In this document: piece by piece, positions 1 to 12,636 of the stretch
Position numbering within the stretch: position 1 is the stretch's first letter
How the letters are laid out: each line of letters begins with the position of its first letter
Assembly: GCA_964016885.1 (NCBI GenBank)
Contig: OZ024743.1
Location: 341,992,001 to 342,056,000, forward strand
DNA from: Eledone cirrhosa
Taxonomy: Eukaryota
Reading direction: 5' to 3'
DNA length: 64,000 bases
Program-made: the position numbers and the translations under genes
Notes under the pieces: model-generated
The model's input: only the letters and a program-made list of their open reading frames with translations
Told to the model about the DNA's origin: nothing
Databases searched by the model: none

Positions 1-158
1 ATGATAGAGTAGGCTAGGTGGGTGTAAGTGAGGAGATTGATCGTGTAAAGGCATCATCTGCTATTTGTACAATCCGATTCATATTTATGTTTTTTTTCTA
101 TTACCTAATATCTACTCACCCATCTAATGTATTATTGTTTCTAGTAGTGTATTATTGT

Positions 159-161
<3 letters not shown>

Positions 162-212
<51 letters not shown>
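162..212. repeat. (TA)n microsatellite, representative of dozens of (TA)n/(CA)n/(GA)n tracts in the window
   Basis: Direct reading. These tracts produce the many spurious [16 protein letters not shown] ORFs in the ORF track. Confidence 0.99.
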
Positions 213-216
<4 letters not shown>

Positions 217-264
217 AATGGAAGACTAAAATCCGATGATTTATATATATATACAATAATAATG

Positions 265-410
265 ATTGTTTCTACTTTTGTCACAAGGCCAGCAATTATC
301 CCAGTGTATTACTGGTACTTTATTTTATCGACCCCGTAAGGATGAAAGGCAAAGTTAACCTCGGCGGAATTTGAACTCCTACCATAAAGTACCGTAACTC
401 TTTGCTGAAA
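265..410 (-). mobile_element. tRNA-derived SINE family 1, 5'-truncated/decayed copy
   Basis: Minus strand has B box GAGTTCAAATTCC, core CCTTTCATCCTTACGGGGTCGATAAAATAAAGTACCAG and tail GGCCTTGTGACAAAAGTAGAAACAATCATTATT. Matches the full copies at 2301-2488 and 59712-59898. Confidence 0.85.
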
Positions 411-430
411 AGCATAACAATAATAATAAC

Positions 431-530
431 AATTCTTTCTTTATTGGCCACAAGGGCTTACATATAAATGACAATACAAAAAGATATGGACAGTGTGAGG
501 TTTACAAAAATTCGATAAAAAAATAAATAT
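431..530 (-). mobile_element. 3'-terminal fragment of the Tx1-like LINE family
   Basis: TTTATTGGCCACAAGGGC...GACAATACAAA...GGACAGTG aligns with the 3' end of the full LINE at 21612-21680. Followed on the minus strand by (ATT)n. Confidence 0.75.
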
Positions 531-2300
531 AACGATAACCAGAATAATCACGGGAGTTCAGAAGAAATTCAATTCGATTTGCTTTAGGCTTGTGTTCACA
601 AATGGAATGTAAAGATACTGCTAGTGCACGAATTTCAGTTAAGCAAGTTTCCAGTTGGTCTTCTGCTATATGGAAGTAAATTCATATAGCAGGAGACCAA
701 CACAAGACCAAAGACCTTATATCAAAATTCATTTACTTCATCTCATTTGTTTCGTCAGAACAGTAGAAATATGCATAACATTTAGTGGAAGCAAGTCTCC
801 TACAGAGAAAATGTCTGAATATCAAAGTGCCATTCTAATAACTGCAATAAATACTAATGTAATTTGAGCCGTTAAAATAGGGGAAGTTAAAGTTAAAGAT
901 AAAATGAGATGAAATATGAGTAACGCCAAATCTATTGCATGACATTATAAAGAGATACAGAAAATAAAAATAAATAGAAAACGAAACTAATGGTTAGTTT
1001 CTAGTTTATAATAATATTGGAGAGAAGGGGCGGGAGGGGGGAACAAGGAGAAATGCAGAGAGATACGGTAAACGTTAGAGTAATTGATAATGGATCGCGA
1101 AACTAAAAGAAAGATAAAGCTACGTTGATGATTTAAAAGCATAGAAAGACAAAGGAGAAAGGAGAGGTTATTAAGGGCCAGTTTGAGACAAGTATTATAT
1201 TCAGAGTAGGACGGGGGAGAAGTAAGGGGAATATGACACTGAAATCAAATTTGCAACACAATAGAAATAGAAATTACAACTAGTTGAATGTAGATAATTA
1301 TTTATGCAAAGTATGAATTACGTCGGGGAAATACATCTATAGTGACAGACAGTACAGGGAGAATAAATAGATATAATTAAGTAAGGTAAGAAGATACAAT
1401 AATTATAAAATCTATTGTTATAAAGATTCTGAAATTGCAATACATGTAAAAAATAGATATGGGAATGACTAAGATAGAATGAAGTGACAAATAGTTCAAA
1501 TAACTATAAAAATAGAGAGAGTAAAACAAATATCCCAAATTTATGTTGGATGTACATATCAACTGTCCAATGGCTACTGATGGTTATATAATCAAGTAAG
1601 TCAGTGGCAGCAGAGAAAGATGATTTAACAGTATTTGTATTTATTATCCTATGGTATTTATAGTCTGGAGATAAACCTTTATCAATAATTTTAAAAAAAA
1701 ATGCTTAGGTATATTAGAATCTACCTGGATTCTGTTTCGAAGGTTATGCCAAATACTTCTTCGTTTTCCATTTTTCTCTAAAGTGATTTATATAACTTAT
1801 TTTACTTAGAAGGAATATTATTCCGTATATTATGTTATTTAGTATTATCAAAATTATTATTAGTTTCCTTAGGTCGCCAAAGTTAGATTATTTGTATATA
1901 GCAATTTCGACTATCTATGTTAGATACTACTAGAGCGTTATATGGTAACCATTTTTGTCATATCCTATATGAGAATCCTTACCAGAGGATTCAATATTAT
2001 TATCATGCCATAGAATGTTTTATTAGTCGCTCTAACATGGTTTGAAAGTACGTAGTGAAAATATTCTCCTGATGTATAAAATCAATATAACCCGGTGTCT
2101 AATTTCAGAGAAACACTTAAAACAGACAAATTTAGTATGTCTATCAAAGGTAATAGTTAAACCATAATTTTTAAAACGTGTTTCCTCTTCATTTTCTCTA
2201 ATTTAGTGTTACTAAAGTCCCAGAGTATAAGTAATACGCCGACTCTCTATAGTCTACCGTGCAAACGGGGAAGTTTAAATTTAATTTATTTAACATAAAT

Positions 2301-2488
2301 AATTGTTTCTACTTTAGGCACAAGGCCAGCAATTACCCAGTGCATTACTGGTACTTTATTTTATCGACCCCGTAAGGATGAAAGGCAAAGTCAACCTCGG
2401 CGGGATTTTAACTCAGATCGTAAAGGGACGTAACTATGCTGGAAAGCATGGCGTCCGACCCTCTACCGATAGTGCCAATCCACCGCCC
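2301..2488 (-). mobile_element. tRNA-derived SINE family 1, full-length
   Basis: Head GGGCGGTGGATTGGCACTATCGG (A box), B-box-like GAGTTAAAATCC, conserved core, ATTATT tail. Confidence 0.9.
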
Positions 2489-2527
2489 TTTATTATGCTC
2501 AGGTCGCCGAACATGTTGCATTATTTA

Positions 2528-2622
2528 TGACTTTGCCTTTCATCCTTTCGGGGTCGATAAAATAAAGTGCCAGTAATGCACTGGGTAATTGATGGCCTTG
2601 TGCCTAAAGTAGAAACAATTAT
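2528..2622 (+). mobile_element. Inverted partial duplicate of SINE family 1 (3' half)
   Basis: Reverse complement of about 2297-2392, part of a local inverted duplication. Confidence 0.85.
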
Positions 2623-3569
2623 TTATGTTAAATAATGCAACAAGTTCGGCGACCTGAGCATAATAATTGAATTCCATTGTAATATCGAAGTTATTAAGTC
2701 AATCATTCCGTGACCAATAACTACTTTCCAGAAGCGATAATTATATGAATTTCATGTGTACGTAGGTTAGTAAATTTACGCTGCAGGATTATATTTAAAA
2801 GAAGAAATAAGATAGAAGGCAGTAGTTATTTATGTCAAATTGAAAGACGTTAACTTGTCACTCATCCAAAAGTTTACCGAACCAGATTTACTCAACAATT
2901 TAAGTTCTAATTTTGCTTTATAATAGCGGTATCTATCGCCGGAGAATTTCCTTACTTACTTTTTTAAATATCTGATGTGGAGGTATGATTAAGCCTAATA
3001 GAAGGATTACCATTGTAATCTGGCTTATGGCCCATTTAAATAATTCTACGTGATCTAGCTCTATAAGGTTCCTTATATTTGTTGAACTTTAACAAAGTTC
3101 TTTACTTCTCTCTATTAATATCAATTAACCTATTTTCATTTTTTTTATAATTCCTTTTACATTCATTTTAAGATTCGACAGCCATATTGTGAAATATTTT
3201 CTTGATTTAGTTTTATTGGCATGTAAGTGTAAGCCATTGTTTATTTAAATTCTTAATCGTCGAGGTCAATTCGTCAGAGAAATAGTTTATTTAGGAAGAA
3301 TAGATTTAATATTTCTATCATATATTTTTGTCATATTGATGAGTTCATCTTCGAATATAACAGATAGTATATATTGAGGAAGATTTTTGTAAGTTTTGAA
3401 ACAAGGATGTTTTGATATTGCGTTAGATAATTCGTACTCTGTATTTTCTTTTTCTATCATAGTAGAAAATCCACTTGAAACAGCTTGAATATATATATAT
3501 AGAGATAAACACACAGACACACAGACACACACATACACACACACACACACACATACATATACACACACT

Positions 3570-3603
<34 letters not shown>

Positions 3604-3630
3604 ATGTATAAAATCAATACAATATAATTA

Positions 3631-3700
3631 CCTCATTACCAGAGGTTTCCCGAATGAGGCGAATACGAAATAAACGACTTCATTCGTTCGTCAGACGAGG
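3631..3700 (-). ncRNA. Type I hammerhead ribozyme in PLE pseudo-LTR
   Basis: cctcgt CTGACGA a-cgaatga...tcattcg-g GAAAC ctctg GTA atgagg. Stems I-III pair and the cleavage triplet is GUA. Confidence 0.85.
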
Positions 3701-4485
3701 CAATATAAAACATGGGCAAATACTTAGAAAAACACATCAAGAAAATCAAAAAAATATATAGATAAATGAAATAGAAATTGAAATATATAAAAATCTATCA
3801 AGAAAAATAGTTAGGTGTGTGTATGTGTATGTATATACGCTCACAGATGTGCATATATGTATATGTGCACATGTAAATGTATAGTTAGAAAGTGTGCGTA
3901 ATTATAAAAATTTAGGGCAAATGTATCTATATGTCTGTATTATACAGACAGAAATGGTTACATCGTAAATATAAGAATATAAAGTCGCGCGCATAAAAAC
4001 GCCTGGACACTCGTACACTTAGATGCGGAAAGAAAGGAGGTAAAGTGAGTATAATAATTAAAAGAAAAGTATCAGTCTCGATATATTTATAAAAATATAG
4101 TAACGATAAATTAGAAAGAAAAGATAGAAAGAAAAAATTAAAGAAAACAAAAAAGGGGGGTACATACATACACAGACACGCGTGTCTCACAAAAGAAATG
4201 TCAAAATAGTTATGCTTATATACACACGCGCACTTACACTTCCATACGTTCGATACGTACATACACACACACACACATACTTATACTCGCGCATATAAAC
4301 CTGTTTGCATGCCCACGTATGAAACTGAGTAAGTAACAAAAGAGGGAAGGGGGGGGGGGAGAAGAAAAAAGGAACAAAAACATAAAACCGAAATGTCAAA
4401 AACACGGATATAAAGACACTTACACATACGCATAATATATACATACACACACACACAAACACCTGTACACACACACATACATACA

Positions 4486-4559
<74 letters not shown>

Positions 4560-4940
4560 CATACACGCACGCACGCGCACATACGTAGTCACTCATGTAC
4601 ATATATAAAAAGTATACACACATTAAGGCGTTCAGCCATATTGAAATGTGGATAAATAAGTACAAATATAAAATTGTAAGATAGGCTGCGCAAAAATAAA
4701 ATAAAAATAAAAATGAAAAATATATCGGGATTGAAAAACACAAAAGACAAGTATAATCAGTTAGTGGAGGAAAAAGGGAAGTAAAAGAAGGGGAAGTAAA
4801 AAATAGAAAATAGGAAGTGGATCGGAGAATAAAGGGGGGGGGGAGTAAAAATAAATAAAAGTGAAAATAAATGAAATTATTGACAAGGATAAGAATGAAA
4901 GTAAGTCAGAAAGGGTAATTAAAAAGAGAATAATAAGAGT

Positions 4941-6145
4941 TTATGGAGGATAAGTATCTGAAAGTGTGTTAAGTTTATATGAGCTGGAAAGCAGGTGTGA
5001 TTTCATGTGTGGGCAACTGGTAAAAATTTCCGTCTTTGTGTTCAGGCAGGTCTTTGGTGATTTAAGATTTTGCAATATCCAAAATTTTTCATTTATGCAG
5101 AGCGTGCATTTTCTTGTTCCTCTAGCATATTTTTTAGATTGGTTCAAAATTGACCAATCTAGTTTATATTGGATGACTTGGTTTTTCAAATCCCAGATTC
5201 TGCTAGCCAGAGCTGTTGTAAATCTTTTTTCTGGATGTCGAAAGGATGCGACATGTGAGTAATAACGCGTTTTGAATCTGTCTTGCGTCATACCCACATA
5301 TCGTTCACTGGTGACTGGATGGTTGTTGCTGATGGTTGTCACATTAGCCGCATATACAATGGCTTTGGTGTTGCATTTACCTTGTAATGGGCATTCACTT
5401 TTGATTCTACAGGAGCAAGTTTGATTTTCTCTAGGTGATGTTTTGTTGAGGATATAGGACTTAATAGGAGGACCGCAGGAATAGCTAATTTTAACACAGT
5501 TTCTGTTAAAGATCTTATAGTATCTATGTGTTCTAGGGAAATGTTTATCTAGGAGTTCTAGGAATTTTTTGCCTACATTAGTTTTAACTGCTAGAGAGTA
5601 GGGGGGGGGGTGAACCAGATTATTTTTCTTTTCCTATTTTTATGTTTAATAGAGTTAGTGTAGTTAGGTATGTATTTAATCGGTTCGCTAAAGCCGCTAT
5701 TTTGGAGGGCTTTATTATAGTAGGGGGATGCCTTATTGAAAATAGCTTCTGATGAAGAGAGGGTGGAGATCCTACGGCTAATATTAGGGATAAGGTTTTT
5801 AAAAACTATAGGTGGATGGCAAGATCCTTTATTTATATATTTTAAGTTTTCATTAGGTTTATGGTATGGTTTATAAGAAGCAGTAGGCAAATCTAAGTTT
5901 ATATCTAGGAAATCTACGTTGGAAAGTTTAGTATCAATAGTAATTTTAAGATTAAAACTAGCAAAGGTTTTTATTAAGTCTTTCCTTAATCTATCTAAGT
6001 TATGGCCTATGGTGGTATGGGAAAGTATTAGACCATCATCGCGATAAAGCCCAAAAATATGGTTAGGAAATTTTTCTTTAAGCGTATGTAAGAGGAATAG
6101 GCCGACCAGATCACAAACCTCGGCACTGTCATAAGAGCCCATTTT
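4941..6145 (-). CDS. Penelope-like reverse transcriptase / GIY-YIG endonuclease (5'-truncated, one frameshift at the G10 run 5601-5610)
   Basis: MGSYDSAEVCDLVG, GLYRDDGL, VDFLDINL, WFTPP. After the frameshift: KTNVGKKFLELLDKHFP, KIFNRNCVKISYSC, CSCRIKSECPLQGKC, AIVY...RYVGMT..FKTRYYSH, CTLCINEK...CPH. Confidence 0.9.
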
Positions 6146-6209
6146 GCTCTGATACTTACATAGAGCACTCTTCATTTCTATGACCTTTTCTGTTTCCAAC
6201 GGAAATTTC

Positions 6210-6263
<54 letters not shown>

Positions 6264-6270
<7 letters not shown>

Positions 6271-6611
6271 GTGAGGTTTTTTTTACAAAATGAAAAATAA
6301 GCGAGGTGTCCTACACGAGTGAATGTATAAAGAAAAAAAGATGAAATCGAAAATGCAACTAGAGTCTTATTTAAAAAAATATATATATATTTATTTGGTT
6401 CCTTTACCGGTTTCGCAGTTCTTCTGCTTTTCAAAAGTAGAGTTGAGATGGAGGTTCTGTGGTTTTTCTCACATCTGGTTGGTCTTTGAATGTTACTTGT
6501 TTTATATGGAAAAAGTGGCTCGAAATGCCAGGTTTTTAGAGAAGTAATTTGATTGGTTGGTCAATAATTATAATAAATTTCGCGCCAGTTCTCGTTACAA
6601 AGTTCTTTAAA

Positions 6612-6646
<35 letters not shown>

Positions 6647-7005
6647 AGGGGGGATCTCAGGTTGTTTTTTCGTATATGAGTGTTTGAATTTCTTTTTACT
6701 TAAAAAAAGGGGCCTCACGAAGGCTTTTTTTTAATAAACGTAATTTGATTGGTTATAAATGTAATTATGACTGCCACGTGAACAAGTTTTCATTAAAATT
6801 CGCGCCCGTATTTAGAAATTTATTCTGTAGCCTTTTTAGAGAATTTTATGACAAGCAAAAGATAATGGTCAAGAGAAATGGGATTAGAGAATTGTTCTGG
6901 TTCAGTGAATAAGTTTAGTTCGCTGAGGTGTCAGAATTCAGATTTTCTATCGTAATAAAGAAAGTAAAGCTATGTATGTTTATTTGTGTGCTTGTGTGTG
7001 TGTGT

Positions 7006-7080
<75 letters not shown>

Positions 7081-8220
7081 GGCAGATTATTCTATTAGTA
7101 GAAATGGGGGAGGGAGTTGTATGTGTATATGGGTGTTATGTGTGTGTGTGTGTGTGGGAGTATGTTAAGATGGAGCGAATATATATATTTTGTGCGTGTG
7201 TATATATGTATGTAGGAAAGTGATTCTATTAGTCGAAATGGAGGAGGGAGTTGTGTGTATGGGGTGGGGGATGTTATGTGTGTGTATGCGTGTTATGTGT
7301 GTGTGGGAGTATGGGTAGCATGTTAAGATGAAGAGAATATATATATATTGTATGTGTGTGTGTGGGGGAAAATGATTCCGTTAGTAGGAATATTTTTGAA
7401 CATATTTTCCTTACTTATTCGTATATGTTCTGTTGCATTGTTAGCGCAAACGTATGTTAAGGTTTATTTAGTTCGGGTTTTTATTTTCTAAAGTAGCAGG
7501 TGTTATGTGTGTGTGTATGTGTCTGTTTGGATGGTTAGCATTTTATGGTGTTGACATAATGTATATTAAACCATATTTAATGCTGGTCTATTATTTTGAA
7601 TAAACATATTTTCCTTATTTATTCGTATTTGTTCTGTTGTATTGTCAGCGCAAAGGTAAAATGGGAAGACTTGGAATTTGGGTGTCTTATTACTTGCGCA
7701 TATGTCTAGATGTGCGCTTAGTGGTATCTGTCTCGTGGTTGGATCTCGTAATTGTTGGCGATGAACTTTCATTGTTTCTGAGTGTGAGTTTAGTTTGTCC
7801 TATATAATCTACATTGCATCCTTTACATTTAATGGCATAAAGTAGATTTTTTGATGAGCAAGTGAAGTGATTTTTTACAGCAAAATGTTGTCCTGATTTA
7901 AATGTATACGTGTTGCCTTCAATGGGGTGAGTGCAGGTTACACAATTAGAGCGACCACATTTTTTGACAGTTGATTGTAGGTTTGTGGTAGGTAATTTGG
8001 CATTGGTGTGTAATGTTTTCAGTGATATCGGTTGTCTTTTGCTTTTGATTATTTTGTGTGTTTCAAGGGCTTTTTTCATTCTTGGGTCTTGTTTTAGTAG
8101 TGGCATGTTCTTGTGAATATTGTTTTAAGCTTCCGCATTTCTTGAGATGTGTGTTGAGATATATGATAGAATATTGGATGTACCTTGAATTTGTTTCTGT
8201 TTTCGTAATTCATCATTTCG
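6264..8220 (-). mobile_element. 5'-truncated Penelope-like element (Neptune-like GIY-YIG) with 3' pseudo-LTR
   Basis: ORFs 7690-8106 and 7566-7772 give KCGRSNCVTC, FTCSSKNLLYAIKCKGCNVDYIGQT..LR, HRQQ..LSAH..C, KENMFIQ..PALN (frameshifted). Terminal region 6264-6620 is related to 18390-18600 and 63530-63700. Confidence 0.8.
6402..6437 (-). ncRNA. Minimal type I hammerhead, U3-A8 core variant
   Basis: ctt TTGAAAA gcag aagaa ctgc GAAAC cg GTA aag. Palindromic loopless stem III (ACCGGT). Confidence 0.7.
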
Positions 8221-8359
8221 AAGACCTTATGTTTGCTGAAAATTAAAGTAAGTGAGTCTGTCACTACTCTATAACAATAGCATAAGGTCTTCGAAATGCT
8301 TTTAATTAAGCATAAAGTGTATTGCAAAATACACTGTATATACATTCATATATATATAG

Positions 8360-8650
8360 CTATTTCAGAGCACCAATTCAATTTTTTAATTCCTGCTTGA
8401 CCGGCAACCGCTCTGTATAATAAGTTCCTGATTATTTACTAGAATTCTATAAGAACCAAACATCCATGATTCAGCAAACAGGAGGAGTAGTTGGCTTTGA
8501 TAAGCATCAATAAATGCGAAACAAGGCCTTGTCAGCTTTATCTCCCCCTGTTTGCTGAAAATTAAAGTAAGTAAGTCTGTCACTACTCTAAAACAATAGC
8601 ATACGGTCTTCGAAATTTATACAGTGTATTACAAAATACACTATATATAC
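8360..8650 (+). mobile_element. PLE pseudo-LTR-like repeat (other copies 8229-8345 partial, 40411-40720, about 46130-46360)
   Basis: Shared TATTTCAGAGCACCAAT start, hammerhead, AAGTAAGT splice-donor-like motif and CAAAATACACTATATATAC end, then (TA)n. Confidence 0.75.
8493..8537 (+). ncRNA. Type I hammerhead, U3-A8 core variant
   Basis: ggct TTGATAA gcat caataa atgc GAAAC aaggcctt GTC agct, enclosed by a distal helix TTCAGCAAACAGG/CCTGTTTGCTGAA. Confidence 0.8.
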
Positions 8651-8657
8651 ATACATA

Positions 8658-8724
<67 letters not shown>

Positions 8725-8725
<1 letters not shown>

Positions 8726-9287
8726 ATATAGAGGGGAAAGACACCAAATAGTATGTTTTTCTTTACAAGAATTTCAAAGCACCAGCGTGAAGAGAATATA
8801 AGCTAATAGAGGCATAGCAAAAACATTAAAATTAAAAGTATGAATTAAAATGAGAAACCAACCTCATATCTAAGTCACACATGTACAAACTCACCAGGAG
8901 AATGTTTCGCCATTTAAGTGGGTTGCAATTCGGCCCTGTGGGTCATCAGCATGTGGAAGGCCGATATTGTCCGCACTACTAGAGAGAACTAAAGTAAACT
9001 ACCTTTCGCACGTGTAGATATAAGAGAAATGCGTGCGTAACGCAGTAACTTAGATACGAGGTTGGTTTCTCATTTTAATTTATACTTTTAATTTTAATGT
9101 TTTTCCTATGCCTCTATTAGCTTATATTCTCTTCATGCTGGTGGTTTGAAATTCCTGTAAAGAAAAAGACACTCTCCTGTGTCTCTCCCCTCTATATATT
9201 GTATTTTAAAGTGCCCAGAAAAACTCTTTCCTTTGAGCTCATTTAATTACAGGATTATACGCGAGTCCTTTGCTCCGTTATTTTACT

Positions 9288-9290
<3 letters not shown>
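8725..9290 (+). mobile_element. Non-coding fold-back element in (TA)n: about 150-bp inverted arms (8725-8875 / 9048-9198) plus unique 3' tail
   Basis: Arms are near reverse complements and the spacer contains a hammerhead. Confidence 0.8.
8878..8955 (-). ncRNA. Type I hammerhead ribozyme
   Basis: cacatg CTGATGA c-cca...tgg-c GAAAC attctc ctggt gagttt GTA catgtg. Perfect 6-bp stem I, weak stem II. Confidence 0.75.
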
Positions 9291-9356
<66 letters not shown>

Positions 9357-9365
9357 CACACACAC

Positions 9366-9416
<51 letters not shown>

Positions 9417-9417
<1 letters not shown>

Positions 9418-10174
9418 CGAAGGAGTTGTGGTAAGGAACCGGATGGACCATAACGCACCAGAGTACTCAATACTTAAGGTGGTAGAGTGGGTAATAGGAA
9501 CATTTATGACCCCGACGGCAGAGCTCAAGCCGTTTCGACGGCTATTTCTGAACTAAATTAGAATGTTTAGCCTGGTAAAAAAATAGCCGAACTTTTCAAG
9601 GGGAACTTCCTTATATGGGAAGATTGTAGTTGGTCAAAATGTCTTGTTAACACAATGAAGTCTATCATAGCAGTGGGTGGGAGGTGGGGTGGCTGAACTG
9701 GCCTGTAGAGCAATGAGGGAGTGTGTGGAGCCGGTCAAGCGTTGAAAGTGAAATCTATACAGGAAATTCTAAGGATTGTGTATGAAAGTAGGCCTGAGGA
9801 AATAGTTGAAAAAGATTCTGGAGAAAATGGAGGAGGGGTTATAGAATAGGTAAATCTATTGAGATTTGGAGACAATAAAAAAAATCCTTAGAATTTGCTG
9901 TATAGATTTCACTTTAAACGCTTGACCGGCTCCACCCACTCCCTCATTGCTCTACAGGCAAGTTCATCCATCCCTACCCCCACCCACTGCCATGATATAC
10001 TTGATTGTGTTTACAAGAAATTTTGACCAATCCTCTTGACAACTACAATATTCCCATATAAAGAAGTACTCCTTGAAAAGTTCGGCTATTTATTTGCCAG
10101 GCTAAATATTCTAATTTAGTCCAGAAATAGCCATCAAAACGACTTGATCTCTGCCGTCGGGATCATACATTTTC

Positions 10175-10175
<1 letters not shown>
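9417..10175 (-). mobile_element. Non-coding fold-back element in (TA)n: about 280-bp inverted arms (9500-9778 / 9882-10172) plus tail 9417-9500
   Basis: Arms are diverged reverse complements, each with a hammerhead copy. The tail is shared with 17775-17830. Confidence 0.8.
9510..9603 (-). ncRNA. Type I hammerhead, U3-A8 core variant (decayed mirror copy at 10069-10162, +)
   Basis: cccc TTGAAAA gttcggctattt...aaatagccgtc GAAAC ggc ttgagctct gcc GTC gggg. Confidence 0.75.
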
Positions 10176-10251
<76 letters not shown>

Positions 10252-10252
<1 letters not shown>

Positions 10253-10568
10253 GTAGGAGGTGAGTTTTATTGTAGTACAATAAAGCAATCCAGATATCGG
10301 ATAAGAAGCACTCTACAGATTGTAGGACTGGAGTATACATAATATATACGATCAAAAGATGGTTAAAAGAGTTCCATGTATTTTATTATGCGCATTTCAA
10401 AAACAAATATCATCATGCAATAATATTTGTGTTTTCATCAGATAAAATAGAAAGACATGATATGAAGGTTAAAAAACACTTGTGAATAGTGCAGTTTTAA
10501 ATCAACATATATTGGTTTTTGAAATGCGCATAATAAAATACATGGAACTCTTTTAACCATCTTTTGAT

Positions 10569-10572
<4 letters not shown>
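10252..10572 (-). mobile_element. Palindromic hammerhead element, second copy with one arm partly deleted (hammerhead 10381-10447)
   Basis: Highly similar to 16733-17157 in reverse orientation, flanked by (TA)n. Confidence 0.85.
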
Positions 10573-10632
<60 letters not shown>

Positions 10633-10658
10633 GTATAATAAACTATAAAATATAATTA

Positions 10659-10726
10659 TCTCATTACCGGAGGTTTCCCGAATAAGACGAATACAAGAAA
10701 CGTCCTCATTCGTTCGTCAGACAAGG
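10659..10726 (-). ncRNA. Type I hammerhead in a solo pseudo-LTR (family of 3631-3700)
   Basis: ccttgt CTGACGA acgaatgagg...cttattcgg GAAAC ctccg GTA atgaga. Confidence 0.75.
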
Positions 10727-11082
10727 CATTTTAAAACAGTGAAATATTTGAAAAATCTCCTCAAGAAAGGCAAAAGTTTAACGGGCAAAAAAATATATAA
10801 ATAAAAGTAATATAAGAGATATATAAAAATAATTGCTGAGGATTTCATACAAATGAAACACTTAAGCCCAGAAGAATTTATTTCTATATAAAATACCGAT
10901 GCTTGAACTCTTCTAATGTACTGAGTATATATATATATATATATATGGTAAATTTCTTTATATATATATTTATTAAAATAACAGATTTCTATGCTTCTTA
11001 TATATTTCATATATATTTATCCTTATCGAGCCCTCTTTGTATTTTAGTCTTCTAATTTATTATTATTACTATATATATATAT

Positions 11083-11375
11083 GAATTTCTCAATGTTAGG
11101 CTAGGGTATACAGGAAAACATCTAGTAACGTTGAACCCGGGGACACATAATTGCAAAGCATAAGGAAACAGCTTACCTGTATTCATATATCTGTATATTG
11201 AAATCAATCATCGAGATGGACACAGGCCTCAAAAGAGCAGATCCGAGGCTTTGAGGTGGTGCCGAGGCATTGACAAAGTTCGAGCTCTAGAGTCCTCGGT
11301 TGCCCATTCCACCACTCAGATCCACTCTTTCGAATCCTGTATCCATCTCGATGATATCGATGATTGATTTCATTT

Positions 11376-11406
<31 letters not shown>

Positions 11407-11480
11407 GTTTGTAATTATGTGTGTCCTGGTTCAAAGCTACTGCACGCTGTCCTGTATACTCTAGCCTCACATTGAATATT
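11083..11480. mobile_element. About 400-bp imperfect fold-back (MITE-like)
   Basis: TCAATGTTAGGCTAGGGTATACAGGA pairs with TCCTGTATACTCTAGCCTCACATTGA. Inner TGAAATCAATCATCGAGATGGACACAGG pairs with CCTGTATCCATCTCGATG...GATTGATTTCA. Confidence 0.65.
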
Positions 11481-12370
11481 TTCTTTTGATTAAAATTGGG
11501 TTGCAGCCAAATTGTACAGAAATAGGTGTATGGTGATTAGAAATATACAAACCACCCATGAGCGACCTACAACTCGATAGTCCCCCGACAAAATGAATTC
11601 TCCTCAAACAACACCTACTACCTTAGAAATGAAGAAGAAGAAATTTGGATAATGTAGTTTACTGCTTGAAGAAAAACAAAAGCAGATGGTCACGATGTGA
11701 ATGCCTTTGAACGTAGTTCAACTCTATCAAAGCTGATAACTTGACTAATTATCGGGAAAGAAGATATTGAATGACAAACGTTATAGTGTTCTAGGCATAT
11801 ATTTAATATAATAAATAACAAAATAAGCAATATATAAGCAATATATATATATAACAAATTTCTTCTTAAGTTTTATATGTGATTACAAAATGTCACGAAC
11901 ATTTTCGATCTGAAATTTAGAACAAGCAAGAAACTTGAAAATGTTCAATTCAACTGCATCATACAATCGATATATAATTTAAAATAAGAATAAAAGAAAG
12001 GCCAATTTCTTTCAAAGAAGATAGATTCTTTTGTTTGCAACTCACAAATTATTTTCAAAGAGCGAAACGAAAAAAAATTTCTTACTTCGGGAATGACTTT
12101 AACCCTATACAATTATACAGTTTGTGCCAAAACAGCAAGTTTGCAATAAAATAGAGAACAAATCTTAGAGTTCTGTTCATATATTTGAGCGATCAAATAT
12201 TAAAACTCTCATCATTTCTGAGTTGATGTTATTATAAAATTTCTTTTGAAACAAGAAGAGCGTTTATATAACCGCTTGGTAATAGCAGACAAACCATCCT
12301 CAATGTATACATTATAGAAAAATATATTTGATATAAAAAGGACTAGTAATATGTGTATATCTGTAAGTGT

Positions 12371-12636
12371 AAAGTCTGTCTCAAGTCCGCAGGCTCATCA
12401 GGCCGATGCTTATCCCGATTTCCATGGCGTTAAGCGACTGAGAGTACAAAATACTCACCGCTGGATAGGACACCATACCATCACAGGGTTAAACTCTCAA
12501 ACATTGCTGGTACTCATTTCCAATTGAGTATATTGGGGCAACATGAAATGTTTTGCTCAAGAACACAACAAAAATCCGAGTCCAGGAATTGAATCTACAA
12601 CGTTATGGTCATAAGTCCAATAGGCCGCGTGCTTCC
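12371..12636 (-). mobile_element. tRNA-derived SINE family 2 (V/CORE-like central domain), decayed
   Basis: B-box-like GATTCAATTCC and TGTGTTCTTGAGCAA motif. Similar to 44325-44453. Confidence 0.7.

Larger units (their letters stand above)
1500..3490 (-). pseudogene. Highly decayed Penelope-like RT (same type as 4941-6145), interrupted by a SINE
   Basis: Minus-strand peptides HPCFKTYKNLPQYILSVIFEDELINM, QFDINNY, NFDITME, YYAQVAELVALFMLNKLNLNFP and FKNYGLTITFDRHTKFVCF. The last two align to YDSAEVCDLVGLFLLHTLKEKFP and FASFNLKITIDTKLSNVDF of the element at 5591-6145; the others resemble upstream PLE RT motifs missing from that truncated copy. Boundaries approximate. Confidence 0.65.
3601..6145 (-). 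mobile_element. 5'-truncated Penelope-like element (RT + C-terminal GIY-YIG; Hydra-clade-like) with 3' pseudo-LTR, in (TA)n
   Basis: RT-EN ORF, simple-repeat-rich 3' region, hammerhead-bearing terminal repeat (3601-3745) that recurs at 10630-10790, and TA tracts on both sides. Confidence 0.85.
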
